This document shows positions 1-10,470 of a stretch of 64,000 nt of DNA, piece by piece; position 1 is the first letter of the stretch; each line of letters begins with the position of its first letter. The notes below the pieces were generated by a model. That model ran no database searches, was not told the origin of the DNA, and was given only the letters and a program-made list of their open reading frames with translations. The stretch is from Octopus sinensis (Eukaryota), in contig NC_043003.1 of assembly GCF_006345805.1 (NCBI RefSeq), positions 2,666,001-2,730,000 on the forward strand, written 5' to 3'. The position numbers were made by a program, and so were the translations under genes.

Positions 1-1486
1 AACACTGAAGTGGAAATGAAAAAGCATCAAAAGTTTAGTCTGGAATAACATCCAGAATGGGTGGAAAGGGTTGAGAAATCTTGGTGAAGATCGAGATCCA
101 CAAGAAAGGGGGGAGGGTCTGTGTTTTGGTCCCTCCCTGGAATAAATAACTGAAATAATTTAGAAATGATCTAATAAACAACATCAGACATAAGAAGTGA
201 AGTGAGCAGAAAGGGTGTAGGAATAAGAATAGATGGAGAGAGAAGATTAGTTGCAAAAAGAATTAGAATTTATATCCCAGACATGATTAAAAGTATCGAT
301 CTAGTTGAAATAAATATGACTTGAGGCGCCAATAAGAGCAACTTGTACGAGGACGTTCTCTCTGCAGGAAATAGCAGCTAAATCTCCCTTAATTCGTATA
401 CCCTACTGTCTTGAGGGAAAAACCACATCGGATAATGCAATCGTACATACATATACACTCTGCCTTTTAAAAGATATTCGTGACAGTCACAAATTTTTTG
501 CCTTTCCTCTGGCAAAACAACAACACAAGACAGATGCTCGTCGTTTTTGCATCGATTCAATGTATTTCAACAAAAGTCGATGCAAACTGGTGGAGTACCT
601 TAAAAGACACAACCAGGAAATAGAGACGGACCTCCTCGATATAATGAATCTAGTTTAGCCAAACTAATCTGAAAACTAAGTTTTATTATCGTGAAATGAG
701 ATAAGAACATGACACGTCGCCGTCTCCAGTAATTAAAAACTAGGTCAAGTGAAGAATGTCTGCCAGATGAAGGCTTGAAAAGATGTTGTTCAGCTGGGAA
801 TTAGTGTTGTTATTTGGCTTCAAGTCAGTCGTTTTGCAGTAGTCATGGTGAAAGACAGTCCTGTCGTGACTACCAAGTCTTTTTATTTCTTTTCATTTAT
901 TTCTTTCCAAACATACTACACCCCGATCTCCATTCAATGTACCCGTTTACTTTTTGTTTTATATAGGAGTGTCATTAAAAAGATTTATTTGTTGTTTCTA
1001 GTAAGGCAAGCGATTAGGGAGTGGCTCCCTTGTTCGCTTATATCAGTGTCGAGCAATTATGATTAAATTATTTAACAGTTAAACTATATTTAAAACAAAA
1101 AGACATTTAAAATACGATTATGGAAACTTGGCAGATGCACATTAAATGGAAAATTGTTTCATACAAAACTCTGCTAATGAATCATTGACGGGGCAGAAGA
1201 ATAAATGGAAATAATTTATCAATAAGTTTAAACATTCCGTTTTTAGAATGGAATCTTTACGAAGACAAGCTTTTTAGAAGTTGATCGCAAAACGAACAAA
1301 TGTGGACAACAATCACCAGAGAACTGTACAAGAGGCACTTGTTGTTATAAGGATTCTTTTACAAAACAAACTTGATAAACATGAAGTAGAAAGATTAAAA
1401 GGTCCACAAGGCTGGAGAGAGACATAAAACAAATGATTATATAACAAGAAACATGTGAGAAGAATTATCAAATGGTTTTTACATAC

Positions 1487-1642
1487 CCAATATTGTGAAG
1501 GTGAAGAATTTTTAGTTTGGATCCTTTCCCCCAACCGAGACTGGACAATGGCCTGCACTGCAATTATTGAAAAACTCCGCAGGAATTTCTCCAAGTCTTT
1601 AGACTCCGAACTGCTAATATTTTGGTTGTTTATTCCGTACAT
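1487..1642 (-). CDS. ATG13: Autophagy-related protein 13-like, first coding exon (HORMA domain N-terminus); gene continues off the left edge
   Basis: Translates MYGINNQNISSSESKDLEKFLRSFSIIAVQAIVQSRLGERIQTKNSSPSQYW, which resembles the ATG13 N-terminus as recalled ([29 protein letters not shown]...SDW). It ends TGG|GTATGT at the conserved Trp. No FNLAI exon was found in 1-1486. Confidence 0.8.
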
Positions 1643-2159
1643 GTTTACCAATTTGGCATTAAATGTTTAATACTGGTCACAGTTAGTGGTTCCGTCTCAT
1701 TCAACAGAGCGAGTGTTAGGAGGAGAAAGGTTTACAAAAAGAGCCAATTTACAGACAAAATTAAACCTCATAACTTATTCTTCATTGCATAAGACAATTG
1801 GTTCCAACAGAAATAATGGAATTATTCCATCATCCTGCCTGAATACAAGTTTTATCCCCAATAAAAACTTGTCTTATCGAAAGCACCACCAATCTTATTC
1901 CAAATAACACAGGTGGAAGTAAACAAGACGTGGCAATTATGAGAGGAAGATGGAACCAAAGTCCAGGGATTCCATGATATTCTCAGCGTAATTAGTATAA
2001 ACCTTACTTTGTAATTAAGTCCATAATTCAATTGTAATTAGCCTTACTGTGTCCCAAGTTGGTAATCCAATTAATTAGAAGACCTGACTTTGTCCCAAGT
2101 CCATAATATTTAAAACAAGTCGCAGTGTTTGGGATGGAGATGGAATACCCAGAATTCCT

Positions 2160-2335
2160 GGAAAGAGAGAGAGAGAGAAAGTGACGGGGGAGAGAGAGAG
2201 AGAGAGAAAGTGACGGGGGAGAGAGAGAGAGAGAGAGAAAGTGACGGGTGAGGGAGAAAGTGACGGGAGAGAGAGAAAGTGACGGGAGAGAGAGAAAGAG
2301 TGAAAGAGACGGGGAGAGAGAGAGAGAGGGGGAGA
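2160..2335. repeat. Compound (GA)n / GAAAGTGACGGG minisatellite
   Basis: About 6 GAAAGTGACGGG-like units separated by variable (GA)n runs. This explains the SLSLSP ORFs. Confidence 0.85.
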
Positions 2336-4947
2336 CCTTTTCAACTTCCGTCAATTCAAACACTTCCGATTGGTGGAGAATGAATCAAATTAATAAAGAA
2401 AGTGTGTAATATCCTGTTGAAATTCATTTAATTATTCAGTAGTCTTCGTCCTCGCCTTGTCTTATAATTCCAGTCATGTCTTGGACGCTTTATACAAGTA
2501 TTAAATCGAATTCAATATTTGGCTCGTTTGTCTGGCTTTACGTTCTGAGCTCAAATTCCGCCGAGGTCGACTTTACGTTTCCTCCTTTCGGGGTCGATGA
2601 AATAGAACCTGTTCAACATCGGGGTCGATGTAACCGACTAACCCCCTCACCCTAAATTCCAAGCCTTATACCTTTGGTAGAAAGAAAAATATTTTACTGG
2701 TACCTGACTTTACCGTTCTATGAACGGCAAAGTTGACCTTGGCAGAATTTCAACTCAGAGGATTAAGGGCCGAATGCAATCCCCAAATACCTTTAACGAT
2801 AAAATCAAACCGAATGATAATTCAGATGGGAAATATATTTTATCACACTGGAAGTTTTTTTTTTCGCTTCGGGTTTTCTGGGATATTTATTACATAGTTA
2901 ACCGACCTTCGTGTACATCGTGGCTGCGGTTGATAATAATTGAAGGAGTTGTTCTCAGGAGTGGTTTAGCCCCTGGTCAGCTCTAAGTGAGCAGTCCTAC
3001 GATCAAGGGTATTCAAGGTTCAACGATCTTTTTTCTTTTACTTGTTTTTTTCCCCTTTTTTTTTTTCGGGTAGAGTCCTTCCTTTTTAAGATATTAGAGT
3101 ATATTTTAAGCGAGATTTGGCTGCTATTGCTAGCATGTCGGGCGACAGGACAGTGGGAAGAGACAATATAATAAATAAATCAATCGACATTCCACTTCTT
3201 TCTGTGTAACTGATTTGCTTCTTTATTTCAAAATAACCTGAGCGTTTCGAAATCATTCACGTGCCGTAATCCCGCTGAAATTCCACTTTTCGAATGTCAC
3301 TCATAATATTGATTTCTAACTAGACCGTAAAATGATTGGAGAATAGGTGTGTATTTATATCTGGCCTGCTTTTGTGTTTACCAATAATATTTTGCGTATT
3401 TGTGTGTTTGCGAAAGAGATAGACAAAACAAAACGTGCGACGAAGGAGAGTTTGCTTGTTGGCAACATGGGGTGCTTCGGGAGGCCAACCAGCCACGGTC
3501 ATATCTACCCTAATACACTATAAGCTGCAATAATTGTACCCTATCATTCCTACATTTGTTACCGTCCTCCTATCTACCTCTTACTCCCACCTGTCTCTTT
3601 ATCATTCGTAACCTTCCATCTCTCACCTCTGCCATCACCTGCGCTGATAGCACCTTTGTCCACTCGCCCTTCCACAGATTTATTTACACAGAAAGCTGAT
3701 TGACTTCTCCCTACTGTTCTGCCATTCATCACTGTCTCTCTCCTCCGAACCACCTCTATTGCCACCCCTCACTCTCTCTCTCTCTCCGCTATTAATCCCT
3801 CCCCGTCGACTTCACCCCCAAATAGCCCGAATTTTTTTCCATTATATTCTTGTTCATTGCACTCATTTATACCTTTGCTGACCTTTGCCCTTAACCAATC
3901 GCCCTCCTCCCGACTCCACGACCGCAAATACCTTCTTTCCATCATAGTCATGTCCCTTTAAGAATTTGAAAATCAGATTTTGATGATAAATTGTTTCGGG
4001 TTTATTGTCGCCAAAAATATAATTTCATAAAAGTATTTTGTACAACTATATTTAATCAAACTTGAAATATGAGTCCTACATGTATATATACGCTCTGTCA
4101 CTTTTAAACTTCTTCAAGTTGATAATATATTAGTTCTGGGAGAATTCCGAAAGTTTTCTCAGAAATACTATAAAGGCGACCGTGAACTTCTGTGTGAAAT
4201 AAGAAAATGAATTAATTTTTCATTAGTTTTTCTCCCTGCAGTTCGTACATTCATTGAGAGAATTGTTTCTCGTGTGGTTAACTGCTGAAATGACGGACAG
4301 TCATGAGAACACACAAGCGACAACCGAGAGATTTTTTTTTACTTCTTTTTTGCAATGAATGACTACAAAACAAAAATGCGCCAAAATATAATTGTACAAA
4401 ATGACTTGATTAATTAATGTAAAGGATGGGCTTAATATAATAAAACTAATTGTTCTTCGTCTGACTCAAAATTGATTGCAAATTTTAGCACAAGGTTCGG
4501 GGGAGGGGTTAAGTCAATGACATCAACTCCAGTGCTTCGCTGGTACTTGTTTCATTGACCCCGAAACGTTGAAAGGCAAAGTCGACCTCAGCAGAATTTG
4601 AACGCAAGAACAAACGAAACGCCGTCAAGCATTTTGCCCGGCGTTGCTAACGATTCTGCCAGTTCACCGCTGCTTTGCGCCTCACTCGACATCTTTAAAT
4701 CGTCCCGTGCCACTAACTGTAGCAAACTTTTCCCTTGTTCGTCCTGAGGCCATTGATACCATTAAATTCATTTTAAACTAAATATGGCGATGGAATTGCA
4801 ATTTCGTTTTTTTTTTTTTTTCACGGTGTCCTATAAAACCATGATAAAGATTTGAAATTTGATGCTGCAACCAGAAATCATGGCAGACGTTCATAAATAT
4901 GAGCTTCAACTCTTTGTTGATTGTCAATTCCATTATTTTTTGTTAAA

Positions 4948-5190
4948 GGCGGCGAGCTTAGAAGAATCGTTAGCACACCGGACAACAATACTTCGCGGCA
5001 TTTCGTCCGTCGCTACATTCCGAGTTCAAATTCCGCCGGGGCCGATTTTGCCTTTCATCCTTTCGGGGTCGATTAAATAAGTAGCAGTTACGTTCTGGGG
5101 TCGATTAAATAAGTAGCAGTTACGTACTGGGGTCGATGTGATCGATTTTACCCGTCCCCTCAAAACTGCTGGCTTCGTACCAAAATTAAA
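4948..5190 (+). mobile_element. tRNA-derived SINE family A (GGCGAGCTGGCAGAATCG...CCTTTCATCCTTTCGGGGTCG), representative copy with an internal ~32-bp tandem duplication
   Basis: Related copies or fragments lie near 2520-2680, 4475-4675(-), 10585-10795(-), 10810-10930(+), 24900-25090(-), 27510-27660, 35513-35720(+), 42775-42945(-), 47140-47310(-), 51405-51570(-) and 62575-62760(-). A B-box-like GAGTTCAAATTCC is present. Confidence 0.8.
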
Positions 5191-5814
5191 AGGAGTTAAT
5201 TCTTCAAGTAATTGCATTTCTGTTTCCTCAACACTTGAAAATGAGACTAAAACCCAATTTGGAATCTTCATACCGAGAACATCACCCAAGCAGGGCAGTT
5301 AACCATTCTCCTATTGCCATTTACCTCACCTGGTCTTCGGCTTCGATGAGTTTTTCAATGAGTTTTCATTACCAGTAAATTGGCAGCTCCAACCTATGGC
5401 TCTGAATTTCTGCATCATTTCAGTCTTTCCGCAGACGTCTCTTGTCTTATTGATTCTACAGCCAGCCTTACTGAACGGAGTGTCCGCAGTCGGACATCGT
5501 CTGGTAGCTTCATTTTTGTTTTTTTAAGTCAACTTCAAATCGATTTCTTTGCCAATTACTCGGACATCGTCCGTCTTGTATTTAATAACAAAACGGTAAC
5601 ACAGTTATTCGCCATATTGAAACCCATCGACCACTGGTGTCTGTTAAACCTAGATGACTGCTGATTTTTTTTGGAAATTTCCGGTCAAGAATTCAATCAC
5701 ATGCTGCAATTCGGGGATCCCAATTCGGCATTATTTGTCTGTTTTGTAACAACATAGAAAATGACTGCCAAAATCACTCGGTGGTTAATTGTATTCCATC
5801 AAAGGGGTCGACGC

Positions 5815-6115
5815 AGAATGTCCAAGATTACCTACAGGGACAGAACCATAAACACTGAAATCTTGAGAAGGGCCCGTCTGCGCAGTCTGTAGGAAACTGT
5901 TGCGGAAAGAAGAGTGAGACTTGCAGGTCATGTTTTCCGAACGGAATACCCTCGGCAACAATGCAAGAGATAGAACCTAAGGGACGAAGAAAGAGAAGAA
6001 GACAGGAGATGAGATGCCATCTTCAAAGAAAGCCTGAAGCAGCTTAGCATCATCTGGACAGATGCAGGCGAGGATACTCAACATCGGGATTATTGGAGAC
6101 ATCTTCTGCCCACGG
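5815..6115 (+). mobile_element. Decayed RTE-clade LINE, C-terminal fragment
   Basis: Translates across stops and frameshifts as KITYRDRTINTEILRRARLRSL*ETVAERRVRLAGHVFR...EPKGRRKR...IFKESLKQLSIIW...RDYWRHL, typical of RTE post-RT regions. Confidence 0.75.
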
Positions 6116-6527
6116 GTAGAACGAATGACAACTCCCTCTTACCTTTCATATGCTCCCTAAAAGCTCCATGGCGACTCTTAGCGATCATCAAATGTTTAAC
6201 AATTTCCCACATTTATCCGATGCCTCATTTACAAGAACTTTCATGGTCCGCTGAACTCCGAAATTATGTTTGTCTGAGTTCACAATCAAATTCTCATCGA
6301 ACCCGACAACCTACTCAAAACATCGATTAGGACATGCTTCGGACCTTTTGAGTTTTACGGATGTCCTTCGAACTTTGAATTGCAGTTCCGGCGATTCATT
6401 GATAACGTTACATGCCTTACCATTTCTCTCTGTCCACCTCGATTATCGTTTTGGTCGTTTATTCGTCCGAAGAACATCACAAAGAACGTCTCTGCCTGAT
6501 TTTTGAACGCTTCTGCACTTTAGTTGC

Positions 6528-6822
6528 ATTATTTACATTTGACGGATATTTGTCCTCATCTTGTTTGTTGTTAACGCCATATGCTCACGGGCATATGGCG
6601 TAGTGGTTAAGAGCGCGGGCTACTAACCCCAAGATTCCGAGTTCGATTCCAGGCAGTGACCTGAATAATAATAACAACAACAACATCGAAAGATACCTTA
6701 GGAATGAGAACCCAGTTTCGAAATTTCCCCAAGACACCTGATGAAGGCTGGAGGGTATATCAGCCGAAACGTTGTGTTAATAACAAACAAGATGAGGACA
6801 AATATCCGTCAAATGTAATAAT
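6528..6822 (+). mobile_element. tRNA-headed, hammerhead-containing SINE with inverted head arm (copy 1)
   Basis: A box TGGCGTAGTGG and B box GAGTTCGATTCC at about 6596-6650, then an (AAT/AAC)n linker, a hammerhead motif at 6733-6778 and the tail ...GATGAGGACAAATATCCGTCAAATGTAA. 6528-6575 is the reverse complement of that tail. Confidence 0.85.
6733..6778 (+). ncRNA. Minimal type I hammerhead ribozyme motif
   Basis: GACAC-CUGAUGA-A-GGCUG[GAGGGUAUAU]CAGCC-GAAAC-GUU^GUGUU. Helix I is GACAC/GUGUU, helix II has 5 bp, and helix III is the palindrome AACGUU. Activity is untested. Confidence 0.7.
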
Positions 6823-7660
6823 CACGGGAAGTATCCAAATTCCAGCTCTGTAAGGAAAAGCCTGAAAACGGGACGATCAAAAGTTGTTTTGGTCAGACGG
6901 GGGCTACAAGACCGACCCAACCACCTTTAAATGGGAAGAAGCTGGACATATGGAGCGCTGCCTTGTCAATCCTCTATTGCACAATCCCTGCAGTTCAATA
7001 AAAATGTAAAGAAATGGGGAACTGTCACATAACTAATAAACTTTGTAGAATTGGAAGACGATCCCAACAAACCTATCGGACCTGATGGCGTTTTTTTCCC
7101 CCGTAACTTTGAAGCAAGGAACTTCCAAGCCAGCTTCCCGACGATCGCACTTCTCTAAATGTAGCAAAGCATAAACCATCTTAGTATAGATACGCGATAT
7201 CGATCCCAATTTATGGACACGATCGACAGTGTGACCTATCTCCCAAAAGAGAAACTCTTTTAATAAGAAGTCTGGTCAATAATCAAAACCCGAACTCTTG
7301 GCACTTCTGCCGGTTTGTGTTTGTTGTTACTTTAAGTTTAAGCTTAACGACAGACGAGTTTAGTAATTCAGAGTTAAGCCACCAGTCAATTGCGTCAGTT
7401 TGACCCCTCTTGATCTTCCGTTCATGACTCATCTTTGTAATGACTGTTTAGTAAATAGATGGAGACATGTCGTTTAGTCAGTTCGTGCTTAACATTCGAA
7501 AGAGAAACACACATCGGTGGTGACACTTGGCTGTGGTCACCACAACCAGTCAACTACAGCAAACACCATCGCCAACCCCAGCTCGCCCACTTTAGTTTGC
7601 CTTTTATCAAGAAATCGCTATCAGCAAAGCAAAACTTATTTACACTAGCGCACACACACG

Positions 7661-7701
<41 letters not shown>

Positions 7702-7783
7702 ACACACTTCAACCAAACGTTTTCACATAATTACAACGACACACAGTAAGCGTTGTCTTTAGCACAGAAGTCTTTTTATTGTA

Positions 7784-9205
7784 TTCTTTACACAATCTCC
7801 ATGGGACCGTTGTAAACAAAATAAATATATCGGAGCTATTTTCGTCCTCATCTACCTCCTTGTTCTACAACAGTAACATTAGCCGTTCAAGAATTTGGAC
7901 CTGGAGATCTCCATTTCCAGCGACTTCGAGGGCCACCTCCCAGTGGTGTCGGGCGTCAACGAAAAGCCCTCGACTACAACAAGACGACCACAGTTTTCTT
8001 TTTCCCAAGGTCTGGGGTCTCCCGCCCCTAAGCCCTCCCTAGACCATCACCTAATCACCCTTACACGTCTTATTGCTTAACAACAACAACATATCAAACT
8101 CTAAAAGCTTACATCATTAACCTAAAAGCTGTCATCCCTGATCTTATGGACAGCAGACCCAACGCGTTCACGTCTCAACATCTAAAGGATGATGGAAGCA
8201 ATCATAAAAATCTCCTCCTTACTATTATCAATAGTTTTCTTGTCTTCCTATTCATCACCTTGCATGCTCTCCATTAATCCAGATCCACTGGAAACCAGCT
8301 GCTTTTTCACATCATACAACAATATTCTCTCACGGTCGAGAATTTTAACAAAAGCAATGACATTGTTCCGACACGCCCTTGTTAGGTTTCACAAGCCTTG
8401 TCAAGTGTTTTAAGGCGATGTTTAGTCATAAATTCTTCGTTGGTTGTTCACAATGTTCAATAGGCTGCGTGAGTAGACAAGAATGACCACATTGATATTA
8501 ATTTGAGCTTTTATATATATATTTTGTTAACCCATATCGTTTATATTTACATGTGTACGAGAGTATTGTAGTTCGCTTGAAGCATTGTGCATTGTTTGTA
8601 AAGAATAAAGTGTTTTGAATTGCACAACAATGCACCATAATAACAACAATGGACAATAATAACTGTTGCAATTCAATCATCCATAGTCTGATATAACAAT
8701 ATTGCGGAATATAAAAATTTCTTCTTCAGATATCCCTAGGAATTGATCGAGTCACTGCTACAATTGGTTTCCAGTGGGTCTGGATTAATGGAGAACATGC
8801 AAGGTGATGTATAGGAAGACAAGAAAACTATTGATAATAGTAAGGAGGGGTTTTTTTATGATTGCTTCCATTATTTTTTAGATGTTGGGACGTGAACTCG
8901 TTGGGTCTGCAATTCATAAGATCAGGGATGACAGCATTTAGGTTAATGACGTAAGCGTTTGTAGAACAAGGAGGAAGATGAGGACGAAAATAGCTCCGAT
9001 ATTTATTTTGTCTACAACGGTCCCATAGAGATTGTGTAAAGAAAACCGATTATAGCAGCGACTCTATCATTTCCTAGAGATATCTCAAGAAGGAATTTTT
9101 GTATTCCGAAATATTATATCAGACTATGGATGGTTGAATTACAAGAGTCCATTGTTGTTATTATAGTGCATTGTTGGTGCCATTCAAAGCACTTTATTCT
9201 TTACA
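7784..9205. repeat. Rearranged local inverted duplication (A-ins-B-x-C followed by inverted B'-A'-C')
   Basis: 7784-7871 matches the reverse complement of 8958-9043, 8101-8297 matches rc 8765-8960, and 8597-8772 matches rc 9044-9205. Similarity is high but imperfect by eye. Confidence 0.85.
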
Positions 9206-10369
9206 TGTGTACATATATATCTTTGATTTAATGGAACAACGTTCATGAAACAAGGAACATAATGGTTAGTAAGGAATCTTCTGTATTCCACAAGCTAGAT
9301 AATAGGAAAGTAGTTTAATGCTACTGAAAATGAGACTAGTCGAAAAAAGCTGGAGCTACTGTATGTAACCAATATATGTTATTCGAGACTACAATTAAAG
9401 GTCAATGCTTTTTGTTGAACACGATTTACGCATCTTAAATAAACCAAAGTGAAAGAGAGTGAGAAACCGACTCACTTTGCAAAGTGATATAGTAATGTCT
9501 GGACGGTTGAGTGGCTCGAATCTGGAGTTGAATTTGTCAACTTTTTATAAGTGTAAGCCAAATTTTACAGAACCTTCGATCGAGCTAAATAGTTCGCTCG
9601 AGGGAAAACTTGCACACTTCTTTTGAAGTTCGTCGCATCGAGAATAACATGTCATCCATGATGATTGGTCAAGCCAATTATGCGAAGGCATTAATGCTTT
9701 TTTTTTATGGCGATATTATAAGTCGTGGTCTTGATCTGGGAAAATCTGAGAGTGATGGTTCAAAACTCAGCAGGCGCCTTCCTGTTGATTAAAACATTCT
9801 AAGAATATGCAATCTTCTACTGTTACTTAGTGATTATTCATATATTTTTGCGATCTTTGACTTTACATTACACTGGCTTTCGTGAAAGCAAAATAATTTT
9901 ATTATATAAATCTTTTATCAAGACCGTAAATTATTTTAAATATCTTCTCATTTTTGGTTCCACTTTTCTCAAACGATCTATTGTTTCCAGGAAATTAAGA
10001 TTTGTTTGTTTGTTTATTTTATTATTTTTAAATAAAAAAAAGAAAGAAACTTGTCTTGTCCGTTTTATGAGTCTTCATCGTTGAGTAAAAAAATGTTGTT
10101 GATACTAATTTCTTGCATTTTGTGTTATATTTACAGTTGTTGTTGTTGGTGTATTTCCTCTGAAGTCATTTCGCTTGTGTTATGTGTTGTTGTTATTTCT
10201 TGTTTGGTGAAATGAAACAGAAAATTCGGCGACGGAACAGCTGTAATCCAATATTTAAGGAATCAAGCACGGCACTAAATTCGAAAGAACTCACAACATA
10301 ATTTTACTTCACGTTGGAGTCTCATGAAATGAGCAAACAATCCGGCGTTGGTTTGTTTGCTTGTTTGAT

Positions 10370-10372
<3 letters not shown>

Positions 10373-10408
<36 letters not shown>

Positions 10409-10470
10409 GAAAAAGAAAGAAAGGAAGGAAGGGAGGAATGAAGGAAGGAAGGTTGATTGATTGGTTGGTT
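10373..10470. repeat. Compound tetranucleotide microsatellite (GAAA)n-(GGAA)n-(TTGG/A)n
   Basis: Directly visible. Confidence 0.9.

Larger units (their letters stand above)
6130..7260 (+). mobile_element. Decayed Ty3/Gypsy pol (RT region), interrupted by a SINE at 6528-6822
   Basis: Frameshifted peptides HNQILIEPDNLLKTSIRTCFGPFEF...QFRRFIDNV and VVYSSEEHHKERLCLIFERF match the Gypsy RT pattern YHQI..P.D..KT...FG.FEF and the helix after the YxDD motif. The part right of the insertion is less certain. Confidence 0.65.

Noticed and set aside
3300-3500. Putative ATG13 promoter or 5'UTR exon (also a candidate GTPBP8 promoter near 10.2 kb)
   Set aside because: Only a few CpGs and short motif fragments; transcription starts cannot be placed from sequence alone.
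6590-6660. Possible tRNA gene (loop CTACTAA)
   Set aside because: The acceptor stem does not close, and the sequence is the head of a 4-copy repeat with a shared downstream body, so it is a SINE head.
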